From the NCBI RefSeq assembly GCF_036321535.1, contig NC_087436.1, forward strand, positions 23,934,001-23,998,000: DNA of 64,000 nt. The letters run 5' to 3'. Numbering within the stretch: position 1 is the stretch's first letter; every line of letters begins with the position of its first letter. The position numbers and the translations under genes are program-made. Below are positions 51,162 through 62,227 of this stretch, in pieces. A model generated the notes under the pieces. It did no database searches. It worked only from the letters and a program-made list of their open reading frames with translations, and had not been told where the DNA came from. This stretch comes from Camelus dromedarius (lineage: Eukaryota).

Positions 51162-51588
51162 CAGGTCCCCTCCTCCCGCACCCATCTGAAACAGAGCTGT
51201 TCCTATGAAACCTTTCCTAAGCCGAACCAGCTTAAAGTGAAGAAGCAAGTACCTTAGAACACATCTTGCTAAGAATGTGCAAAATAATTATAGATAAAGC
51301 ATAGATGCTCACAGACACTTCAAAGCTATGGTAGCTTGATACTGAGATGCTGAGTGTAGTTCCCAGGGAAGCAGCTTGGTGGCGCCACTCTCGCCGCCAG
51401 GGTTTCCCGCTGCCTCTGTAATCACTCTGCAAAACAAACACTGAACGCTATTTTAAATTTTCACCTTTTTTCATAAAAGCGAAAATCCTCTTCAGATTTC
51501 TTTTGATTAGCCCAAACAGGTACTCGTGTAGGTCTTTCATATAAGTGAAGTGTTGTAAGGTGAACTTTCAAAAAGTAGGGGATACCTG
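51162..51588. mobile_element. Non-autonomous TcMar-Tigger-type DNA transposon with both ends
   Basis: TA|CAGGTCCCC...GGGGATACCTG|TA: inverted termini with TA target duplication. Confidence 0.8.
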
Positions 51589-52464
51589 TATTTCTTTTTG
51601 CTCCAAAAAGGCAGGGACTGCAAGTGCTCAGGTGAATAGACGTCATCACCTCATTTGCCTCTCCCTTTCTTTCCGAGTAGAGAGAAGGCTAGGAAAGCAA
51701 CATATCACTACTTACCACTTCTGGGCAAGCTCACCAGTCACATGGGGGCTGGTCACACAGGACAAGAATATCTCAAAGTGCACTAGGATAAACGGAGCCA
51801 GCCCAGACCAGTCCTCTCATAAAAGCAAGCTGAAGAAAACTTAATCTTCCCTTGGGTCTCATTTTCTTTCCAACTCTCTCCTCCTTATCAAAATTGAGAA
51901 GTAGCAAATATACTGAAATACACATAAAAAAACTGTATTTGTATTTTTGCTGATTGGTTAACTATCTATACTTCAGTGTGAGTTCATTTGTTAAAGTGTT
52001 AGGTCAATCAGACATCTGTCTCCTAAAGTAGTGACAAACAGCTTTATCCCATTGGAAGGAAGGGTTTGGAAAACAGGTAGCAAGTTTGGGGGGAAAGAAA
52101 AGACTGAAATATCTTGACCTCTGCAGGAGTCAGTCATAAAGTAAATTTATTGGTAGCATAAAGTTCCTGGCACTGTTGAACATAAGGTCTTTTATTAACA
52201 TAAATATTTCATAGCTCTCTACCTCATAATTGTCTGTGTCCAGAGAAAATAACACAAAGACAAGAAGTTTTAACTTCAGCAACAACACACTGACATTTGA
52301 AAACTAGAACACAGTACATTTATAGGAGACATACTATCTATTTAGTCTACAGGCAATTCTTAGGTGCATACTTGGCACTACGGACCCACAGTCTGGGACA
52401 GGCCTGTGCTTGTGGAAGGAATACTCAATACTTGTGAAGACTCAAGATCAGTGTTCCAGGTCTG

Positions 52465-52565
52465 CAGGTTCTGGTTCTTCCATTTACCGACCATGTGACC
52501 TGGGCTACCGCACTAACGCACCAGGACTGCTTAGGCTCTTGTTTCCTGGATGAGAGGAGTAATGA
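52465..52565. mobile_element. MIR fragment
   Basis: ccatttaccgaccatgtgacctgggc...ggctcttgtttcctggatgagaggagtaat. Confidence 0.5.
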
Positions 52566-53934
52566 ATTTTTGTTTGTTGTTTGTGTTGCTGGTTTTATTT
52601 TGTTTGGGTGGCAGAGGGAGGGAAGAAGGGCCCCTGAAAATGCAGTTTAGGAATCTCACAGCTGGAAAGAAGAACATGAGTGGCTGAGCACCACGCGGTA
52701 GAGGGCAGGGGTACAGCGGGCCCGGGCTCCAGGGACTCCAGTGCAGGGCCATGTCTCCAGGAGGGACAGAGATCAAACACAACTGTATGTTTTGAGAGGA
52801 GGCTGCAGTGTGACTGACTGCACCGACACTGAAGAGGGAGCAAAGCAAAAAGAGGAAAAATATTAAAATCCCATTTGACTGCACTCTGTCATTTAGGATG
52901 GCTCAGAAGAGACAGATAAAATTCATGTTGTTCATAAAGCAGGCTAGTTGAATGCACTGATGAAGGAATGCATCAGTAATGATGGACATGCCATTGCAAA
53001 TAAAAGTAACATATAAATTGTGATAACTACTACAACATCCAGTTAAGGTAATCACTTTTGTGTGTACATCTGTATAATATTAATTTCCTTCACCCCAAAT
53101 AACTGGAAATAATACCAGTGGGGGGGGGGGAATGAACATCTGGATTTTACAATGAAGAAATATTTTAAAAGTCCAGTTTGCCTGGATTAAAAAAAAATGT
53201 GAGTAACTATGGATTTATTCACATTCATTTCTCCTGAGCTAAGTCTCATCATCAGGCCTCAGTATGACTATGTATGTCCTTACACACATGCCCATTTCAT
53301 TTGTGTACCTCTCAGCGGCCAGTCTTTGTCCAGATAAATTACTTGAAACTTGAGTGAATCAAAAGGAACCTTTCTGCAGAATGTTCAGACTATACTTGGC
53401 TGTTGCCAGGTATGCCTGATAGAATGAACAGGAAAGAAAGAAAACGAAATCTTATGGTCACACACCTACTTTTCCCATCAGCTATTTCCCCCTAATGGTC
53501 TACACCGTGGGGCTGTTACAGGGTTCCCCTCTGAGTACTTTCTCCCAGTAGTCACTTGGGCTATGTGTGAGTAGTTCTCTGCCACTTTACCTCCTATTCC
53601 TTAAGGACAGTCCTTAAAACTTGCCATCATTGACTGACTGACACATAATTGTAGAATCGAGACCCAGTTCAACTCCCCACATTTAAATTATCCCAGACAT
53701 AGGAGACTCGATTCTATTTTTAAAGATGTTAGGAGATTACATGTCTTTGGTCGGTGTAACACACTCCCAGTTCTCACCATCAACAATTCTCATTAGCAGG
53801 ATTTTTTTTTTACATATGTCAAAGTTTTCAAGTAGCACAATTAATTAGAATTCCATCAAATAGCTGATCTGTTGATTAATAAATTCCAGCAGTCTTCTGT
53901 AAACGTCTCTCCTACCAGCGAAGAAGCCCATTTT

Positions 53935-54216
53935 TTTTCTCATTTTTCAGTTTTATTAGGTAGAATTGTTACAATTTGGCTGCACATATACAATATATTG
54001 CATGTAAATACATATATACAGTATACTGCACATATTTTTAAATTTACATATATGTACTGTTGGTTGTTTCTAAGAACGTTTAGAGCTTTAGCTTTTTAAA
54101 CTTACATAGTTATCAAAGGAATAAAGCCAACCACAAAATAAGAATTAACTCAAAGAGATACTTACACCCCACTAGTAACAGCAACATTATTTATAATTAC
54201 CAAGATATGGAAGCAT
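53935..54216 (-). mobile_element. L1-mediated retroposed insert (polyadenylated unknown sequence plus oppositely oriented L1 piece)
   Basis: Perfect 14-bp TSD AAGAAGCCCATTTT (53921-53934 / 54217-54230); T-run at the left end; TTTATT at 53952-53957; L1 ORF2-end-like sequence at ~54150-54216 on +. Confidence 0.8.
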
Positions 54217-54627
54217 AAGAAGCCCATTTTGGCCAGGTAGGCAGGAAGGATTAAGAGGTAAGGTCAAGGCTGTCTCATTCCAGGTTCAAGGTGAGCCCCG
54301 CCCCCAAGGATTTATTCCTTTTCCTTTGGAGGCACTCGGATTATTAGCTGAAAACCCAGTTCTTGTTCCTTAGCCAGTCCCATCGAAAACAACTGGACCT
54401 GGTCTCAGGTTCCCCAGAGCCCTGCTCTATTACTGTCTCCTGTAGCCTCTCCACTCTCACTGTGGTCAGGCTAGGTTTGAGGACCACTGGGTTATTTTAT
54501 GGAAATGTAACGTGTGCCACTCAGGATCCCGCAGATCCACAAGCCGGGGACCTGCCCCATCCCTCTTCCCCCACGCTTCCCTTCAGATGTGGAATTGCTG
54601 CGTTCTCTTCTCTTCCTGTCCTCCCAG

Positions 54628-54873
54628 GAGCAGCACCCGGTGGGGCTTCCGAGGACCACGGGCCCCATGCAGTCCTCCGTGCCCCCAGGCTCCGGCGGCA
54701 TGGTCTCGGGAGCCAGTCCCGCGGGTCCCGGCTTCCTGGGCAGCCAGCCCCAGGCAGCCATCATGAAGCAGATGCTCATTGATCAGCGGGCCCAGCTGAT
54801 GGAGCAGCAGAAGCAGCAGTTCCTGCGGGAGCAGAGGCAGCAGCAGCAGCAGCAGCAGATTCTGGCCGAGCAG
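54628..54873 (+). CDS. MAML3: MAML3 (mastermind-like 3) internal coding exon, probably exon 3; 246 nt, phase 0-0; EQHPVGLPRTTGPMQ...REQRQQQQQQQILAEQ
   Basis: Polypyrimidine tract plus CAG acceptor (AG at 54626-54627), CAG|GTAGCA donor at 54874, open Q/P/G-rich frame (inside ORF 54514..54939), joins in frame to the next two exons. Confidence 0.93.
54838..54858 (+). repeat. MAML3: (CAG)7 coding polyglutamine tract
   Basis: Read directly, in frame in the 54628-54873 exon. Confidence 0.95.
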
Positions 54874-57149
54874 GTAGCACGCGCCCATGGTGTGAGTCAT
54901 TCGTTCAGCAAACATTTATCCCGCGCCTGGTGTCTGTGAGGGCACCTCAGTTCATGTCCTTCATCAAGAAATTCACAAGCCAGCCTTTCCGAGATCTGCA
55001 GAAGAACCTGCAGAATTTAGACCCTTCAATTAGCTGGGCTTTTTCTTAGAACGAATTCGTTTGTTCTTAAAAGACAGGCTTCCACCATCCGTTTGGAGAC
55101 CCATTTGCCAGAGACCCTTCTTCCATTTAAGGCTGGCTCTTTTCTTCTGGTTTCTGGTGCAGGGGTCTGTGTAATCAGCATGGGGGACAGTGATGGGAGG
55201 GGGCTGGTTCACAGTCTTCACAAACTCTAATATTTCCAGCCTGGAGAAAAAAGAAAATAATTCAGAGAAGTTTGTTTCTTGGAGGAAAGTGTCAAAAGGA
55301 GGGATTGAGGAAAATTCTTAGAGAATTGGTCATGAACAATGGAACGGGAACAATAGCAGGATAATAGGGCCCACAGAACTACCTGGAAACCTGAACTCAG
55401 GGTCACAGAAAGGGTGCAAACTTGAGAAAATTCCCAGCAGCTTTTAAAACAGTTCAGGAAATCTTTGAGTTAAAGGAAGGCCTAATACACAGAAAGCTTT
55501 ACCCTAGACATCTTTGACCACCCTTGACATATAATTCCTTCAGCTTTGAAAGAAAGCCTTCCCTGCTGGCTGCCCTAAGTTTCAGTGCGTTTTGTTTTTT
55601 CAAGATGCCCGTGCCTGATTTAGTGTTATCCCAGGAAAGGCCTGAGACCTTCCACAGGAGGTCCCTAGTTAGCTTCTGTGGGGGGTGGTCCATTGCATCA
55701 CACCCTTCTATTATAGGAGATGTGAGGCTGTCATCTAAGGCTCACGCCCACAGTTACCCTTCTAGAATGTTCCTAGTAGGATCAGAATTTTGGAAATTTA
55801 TTAAATATCCTCCACCATATCTATACAAGATACTGTGTAGGACACAAGGTGCATTGAGGTCCTTACTAACCAAGAGCAGCCATTCAAAGTGACACCAGTC
55901 ATCCCCCAAATAGAAAAATTGTACCATTGAGCACAGTTCACTTATGTTCCCTTTTTGCTTTTGTTCCTGAACAGCTGTGTAATTATCTCCCTTTTTACTG
56001 AGGTCAGTCAGCTGCCTGGCAGCTCTTGTGCAAACAAACCTCTATCCCTCTCACCCTGCATAAGGTGTGTGACAAGGAGCCACGCTAATCTCTCTGAGGC
56101 AGTGGTAAATGGAGCTGCTGCAGGGACGCTGGGCTTTGCAAATCCTCTCCTCAGCCAATCCCAGGCAATTTCAAGTGTGCCTGATACTGTGACCAAGACA
56201 CAGAGGGAATGGGGGGTAACCAGGCCGAGTACGGCTGTACCAGCCCAAGGGTGTCCCCACACGGCGAGGTCAGGCAGCCCCAGGAATGAGGGAGACAGGG
56301 GAGTTGCCACAGGATGGCACCCACAGACCATGAGGTGAGAGCATGTGCGACCCCTCAGAACCCAGGACACGGAAAGACAGACATAGGACTCCTTAGAAAA
56401 GACGAGGAAATGGGAAATTGCAAAAAATAATAGTAGTAAGTATAATTCCTTAATGACTGTGTGTAACAAGAGATGAAGAGGGACCGAGGAAAGAACAGTT
56501 TACTCTGAGTCACATCTTTTGCTTGTGGTATGATTTTGGAAAAACCTAACCTCACTCCTCATCTGCCAAGTTAGGTTTTCATCATTTCCCAGCCTCCCTC
56601 CTGATGCTCCCATGAGTCATGTGTGTAAAATCCTTGAGAAACTGCACAGACGTAGGTTGGGGCCTGTCACGTGACCCCGGCATCACAGAACGCGGTGCAA
56701 GAGCTGCAGCCGCACGTGCCAGCCGTCCTGTGGGACCAGCCCGGAAACGAAGCCGCGAGATGTGGCCCCTCACCTGCACCTGGAGACAGTGCTTATTGAC
56801 GTGGGCGCCCTGTGGCTCTTCGCTCATTGTTTTAGAATGACTGTGGCCACATCGACGCCACGCTGATTTTCCTGGGCCGTGCAACAACAGTGAAAGTCTC
56901 CTAACACTTTTCAGTTTTGCAAACCGCCTACTGGGAATGCTTGGGTTTCCAAAAGGGCATGTGAGGGGAAACAGAAGGACTGGGAGCTTGCATATCTTTG
57001 GGCACTTTCAAATGATTCTCAGCGGACTTAGCAATCAGAACAGAGCTGGTTGAAAGCAGGTGGGAATTAACATTTAATGCATTATTCTCAGAGAGCACAG
57101 AGGTGTTGACTCCCATCTATTCACAGAGTTGCAATGGAACCTGATATTT

Positions 57150-57300
57150 TAGATATGAAACAAACATTGGGGATCATGAAGTCCCTTTATTTTACACAGG
57201 AGGAAACTGAGGCAGGGGCTTATGTGATTTTTTTGAATCGGCAGAGAGAGGCAGAGCCAGGACTATAACCCGGGCCCCCTGACTCCTGACTGACAACCCC
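57150..57300. mobile_element. MIR fragment
   Basis: ttttacacaggaggaaactgaggcagggg...ggcagagccaggactataacccggg...ctgactcc. Confidence 0.7.
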
Positions 57301-58299
57301 CAGCACCTATTTGCAGCTGTAAGTGGAACAGTTACATTCTTACATAATCTAGGAAGTTTGGCTGAGAAGAAGCTTTTAAATGCTCAGCTTACTCTCAATC
57401 ACGTTCTTATTATTGCTGCCTAAAAGATTAGCATGGTTTCTTGTCTACACTGTGTCTACACAGTTAATTCATTTCACTAGTTTTGTGCAAAACACCGTGG
57501 TAGGCACTACAGGACGGGGTGAACACAGGCTCTTCTTTCCTTTGGTTGCCAGAGTGCTGACTGGCCTTGTCAAGAAAAAGGGGAAAAAAAGAAAGAAAGA
57601 AAAGGAAAATTACAGAGCTGCCCAGGAACAAAAACAAGAGAAAAAATAGAAATAAACACATGTGTTAAGAAGTGGTCAATGTGTGTTATTTTTGTAATGA
57701 ACACTCTTAAGAGCCTGGCCCTCGTCTATGTTTTTAGAACCCTTGCAGATGAAAGGTGCTTAATGAATATTTAGCAGCTGCAGAAGGAGGTTAAGCAACG
57801 TGCCAGAGGTCACGCAGCTATTTGACCGCAGACCTAGAACTAAAACCCCTTCCTTTGCTCTTTCCACCATATTCTGATTTTCTCTCCCTTTTTCACGTAC
57901 AGCATGATAATGGTCATAATAGCCTTCCCAGTATATTGGCAACAGGGTTGGCCGAGCAGAATCCCCGTGACAGTAAGACGAAAAACTCAAACGCAAGCCT
58001 CCTGGCCCGCGGTATACGTGGAACCCCTCACGGTCTCCACAAGGCAGTAAATGCTGTGTATCTGGCTTGTGGAGATGTGTTTTGCAGGCAGTATGGCTTC
58101 CTGGGAATAAGAGGAGACTTTTGTGTAGTTTCTGAGAATCCCATCTTCTTATACCCGAAGCATCTATTTCGGTCATTAAAAATTAGTTGCTTGTCCGTTT
58201 GAGCTCAGTCCCCAGCATGAGGAAAGCATGCGGGCTGATGTTGGAAAATCAGAGTCAGAGCTGCCTCCTTCACTGCTCCTTCCTCATAAGCCAGCGAGT

Positions 58300-58810
58300 C
58301 CACACAGCAGAAGAGCCACAGATGTTGATCAAGGATGCTCATAGCAGTGGTATCTGTGACAGCCTAAACCCGGAAGCACCCTTAAATAACCATCCCTGGT
58401 GCACAGGTAAATAAATCTTGGTGTGTTCATGTGAGGGACTAGTGCTCAACAGTGAGAATTAACAGACCACACTGCACGCATCACTGTGGATGAAGCTCTC
58501 ATATACAATTAAACCAAAGAGCCAGACACAAAAGCCAGACTCGAATACACTGTGTAAACCCCCTACTATAAAGTACAGAAGCAGACGTAACTCATCTGTT
58601 GTTAGCTTGGGATAGTGGTTCCAGCGGGTCGGATGAAAGTAATGACTGCAAAGGGGCATGAGGGCTCCTCGCAGGGTTCTGTTTCTTGATCCAGGTGCTG
58701 TTTCCCAGGAGCGTGTTCACCTGTGAAAACCCATCACACTGTACACGGATGCTATATGCTTTGCACTTACCTATATGAATGTTACCTTCAATTCAGAGTT
58801 GAGTTTTTGA
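58300..58810 (+). mobile_element. Old L1 (L1MC/ME-like) 3' region
   Basis: aggatgctcatagcag...taaataaatcttggtgtgttcat...gtggatgaagctc...agccagacacaaaa...gttctgtttcttgatccaggtgctg. Confidence 0.75.
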
Positions 58811-58898
58811 AAACTGCCTTCCTCAGCATCTCCAGGATCTTTAATTGCACGCTGTCTCTCATCTCACCTTCCCGCCCTTCTCGTCCTCTGTCTTTTAG

Positions 58899-58983
58899 CA
58901 GTTGCAGCAACCACATTTACCCCGGCAGCACCTCCAGCAGCAGCGGAATCCGTACCCAGTGCAGCAGGTCAACCAGTTTCAAG
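58899..58983 (+). CDS. MAML3: MAML3 coding exon, probably exon 4; 85 nt, phase 0-1; QLQQPHLPRQHLQQQRNPYPVQQVNQFQ(G)
   Basis: Pyrimidine tract plus TAG acceptor (AG 58897-58898), AAG|GTGAGG donor at 58984; the leftover G completes a Gly codon with the last exon. Confidence 0.93.
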
Positions 58984-61924
58984 GTGAGGCACACCCCTGC
59001 TGTTGTGTACCTTCCAACTGGGAAGCGTACGTGAATGTAGAGCCAGTGACAATGCCACGTGTGCTGTGTTTGTGTCCCAGTAACATTAACAGTGTTTAAG
59101 AATGAAAGGTACCAACCAATCAGAATGCCAGGTGATAACCTTTTGGTCACTGGGCCCCAGGGAGATGTTGGTGGGCCCACGGAGGGGTCGGGTGGCTGTC
59201 GGGGTGGGACTGGGACAGCTGTTCCTTACCAAAAGTACAGAAGTATTTCAGTAGTTTAATAACCGAAAAAGACATGCAGGTGTCTTTTCACCCAATATCG
59301 CCTGGTTTATGTCTTGTCATCTCGGTGCCGGCGGTGGGTGGGATTTGCCTGTCTCACAAGTTCCCCGTGTTGCTGGCCCAAGGGCCACACTTCGAGAACT
59401 GGTCCTTTATATTATGAACTAACTAAAACCATTGAATCTGATAAACCTGGCATAGTGTCCCTTGAGTTTTCTAGGTTTGTAACTCATGTATTATTTTTTA
59501 GAATAAATGGACAAAGGAGTTGAATAACTCCTCTATATTCTTAATGCTTGGGTCCAGTTTAAAGAAAAGGTCTGCTCTTTGATCTTTTCTGAAACCCCAA
59601 ATCACAGGTAATCAACCTAAAAATGTAGCTACACTGAAGCTAAACAACCCGTGACATGTCAGAGTTCCTGAGCTGAATGGTAATTTTGTTTTACTCTCTT
59701 CAGTATTTTCACGTATTTTACTAACACCCAAGGTATCATAATGTTATGTACCTGGGAAAATAGCAAATTGATAGATAAGAAGTACTGTCCTTGGAGAGAA
59801 GTTCTGTTAGGAACCTATAGGTTCTCTCACCACTACACTTTTCAAAGGTTTTAATGACTATCTTTTTCTTACTGAGTTTTGTGCCTCTGGGCAGTGTTAC
59901 ATGCCTATGGGGAAATGCTTGTTTTTCATAAATATAGACTTCTTGTGAGTGAAAACAGACACGGATCCTTTTAGGGAATAAATTGCATATTACCATTTTT
60001 ATTTGAATATAGAAAATTTTCTTTGACACTGTGATGTTAACCAGCAGACAGGAAAATTAATTTGACTATGGTGTCTCACAGTAATATCTGTTTTAGACAA
60101 AAATTTAAAAAAGAAGGAGAAAAAGTAGCCTGTTGTTTAACGTATGTAGTCATCAGGTAAAGACAAGTTAATTCTTTGAATGCATTTGAATTTTTTTCCT
60201 TCGTACATTTAAAATTCCTAAAATTATAAAAACTAGATTAGTAAGAAGCTTTTTATTTTTCCTAGGTTGAAAATACGGTGCTGAATGCTGATATTAAAAT
60301 GTCCTTTTTTTAAAATAAGAATTACATCTGGATAGCATAGTCATTTACACTACGTAAAAATAATGGTTGGCTTGGATTAATGTTTCAATACCTCTTAAAA
60401 GACACTGCAGCATTTCTGCCCTCTAAAGAAGAGAAACTATTTCTCATTCACAAAATTAGTCCAGACAGTATCCAATCCCTCAACATATTTATTTGAAAAT
60501 TAACAACAAAAATGTCCAAAATATGAAAGTCCTTTCATCTGTTTCCAGCAGCCTATTTATGTAATTTGGTCTATCCAATCAATCTCTGAGTCAGCAATAT
60601 TTTTCCCTTAAATTTTTTTTATAAGCAACTCAATAACCCATTTACCACAGTTGATCAAATGGGCCATGCAGTCGATATAAATTAAGTCATTAAGGTCACA
60701 AAACTTCATAACAAGATTACAAGTTGCAATATATACTACCATCCAGTGTTTAACCAGGAACTTTTGATTTTTTTTTTAAATCCACTTAGATATGATTAAG
60801 CTTAAAACAAAAAAACGGAAACGTTTCTAGGGATCTCCCCCAGATCTTTGAGGTTTCCACACAGTGACCATTTCATTTTTCAGTGCAGTGTGGTATTGAT
60901 CTCAAGCCACAAAAACTTAAGTCATAATCAAAATTCCTGTTATTTTCTTTCTTAAAGAAAGAAAGAAAATATGGAGACATATTTGCTGCCCAGAAATCAA
61001 TAACCCCATCAGGAAGACAAAAACACACTTTAGTTGCCTGCCAAGGTGCCAGGCTTAACCAGGTTACACTATTCTCATCTGGTTTCTCATCCCAGTTCCA
61101 GGGAGGATCAAATTTGCTTAGAATATCAGTTGGTTCCTATGCTGTACCTTTTTTAAATGTCCAGGGAAAAAAAAATATTTCTCTTTTTTTTTTTTCATGT
61201 ATTTAATCATTAACAGGGACACAGAAAAACCCATTTTTGTATACCTCCTAGACCTTGACAACATTGACTGAGGTTCAAAGGGTGACATTTTTATCCTCTT
61301 GGCTAGTTTAGAAATTTCCTAGAAACATTTAAAAAAGGATTCACTCAAATGCCTAAATAGAATTGAGTGACTTGGTTGAGTGACTGGCCAACTTTTAAGG
61401 CAGCATCATTAAAACCGCGTTAGTGGTCCCTGCTGATTTGAAGGAGTGGCCTTTGCTGGAGAAACACATAAAGTTCATTGCCAAGTAGCAAGTAACAGGA
61501 TGATTTCTTTTTCTGACTCAGGAAGCTGGCCAGTTCTCACTGACATGTTATGATTCAGAGAATCTGGAGCATGTGAAAACCTACAGAGGGGATCCAAACA
61601 AATGTCCCATCTGTCGAAGCAGCTTCTTAGCAGAAGCGATGGCCTTTAACCTCTCAAATCCTACTCAAGTCTTAAGGGAAATTAATCTAATGGTCTTTAT
61701 TGATAGTATTCTCTACTGAACCATGTTCCACTTCACAAACAGGATATGCAAAGTGACCAGCCATTTCTTGCTAATTTAGCCCAGGAGGTGAATTTCCTCA
61801 CACCTCCAAAAAAAAAAAATGGTATCTTACTGGTTGAGGATGGTATCATATTAAGAAGAGTAAGAAACAATTTGCTTCTGAATGTGAACAAAAATAATAT
61901 CAGGGTCTATCAAGTGGAAAAGTC

Positions 61925-62100
61925 AACTGCAAAAGCATGTGTACTGTATGATCCCAATTTTTGTGTGTCTATTTATATATTAATGTAAGTTAGCAGTGGT
62001 CACCTCTGGATAGTGGGAGTTAGGGTGACTTAATTTTCTTCTTTGTGCTTTTCAGTATTTTCAACTTTTTCACAATCAGCATGTTATAGTCAGAAAAATA
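61925..62100 (+). mobile_element. Old L1 (L1ME-like) 3' fragment
   Basis: tgtactgtatgatcccaatttt...gttagcagtggtcacctctgg...ttttcttctttgtgcttttcagtatttt. Confidence 0.6.
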
Positions 62101-62227
62101 ATCATCATTATCAGAGTAGATCCTTTCAGATAAAAGAATTTTATATTCCCAAAGGGAAGTCCAGCAGCTTGTTACAGTGCATCGCTGATGGAGATGCGTG
62201 AGTAGGTGTGTCCTTTTCTCCCTGCAG

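Larger units (their letters stand above)
1..54627 (+). other. MAML3: Distal part of a long MAML3 intron (probably intron 2)
   Basis: No recognisable coding exon upstream of 54628; repeat-rich; MAML genes have very long 5' introns. Confidence 0.8.

Noticed and set aside
54284..54290. 7-nt microexon (ccag|GTTCAAG|gtgagc)
   Set aside because: Frameshifting length and short pyrimidine tract; such pairs arise by chance.
54583..54915. Minus-strand 110-aa ORF with poly-Leu
   Set aside because: Antisense shadow of the CAG-rich MAML3 exon.
61184..61207. Minus-strand ATTAAA plus A-run as a retrocopy end
   Set aside because: Only 6 nt between signal and A-run, and I found no TSD.
62206..62227. Start of the 339-aa ORF as a single-exon gene
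   Set aside because: The ORF start is a GTG within the intron's acceptor region; the true exon begins at 62228.
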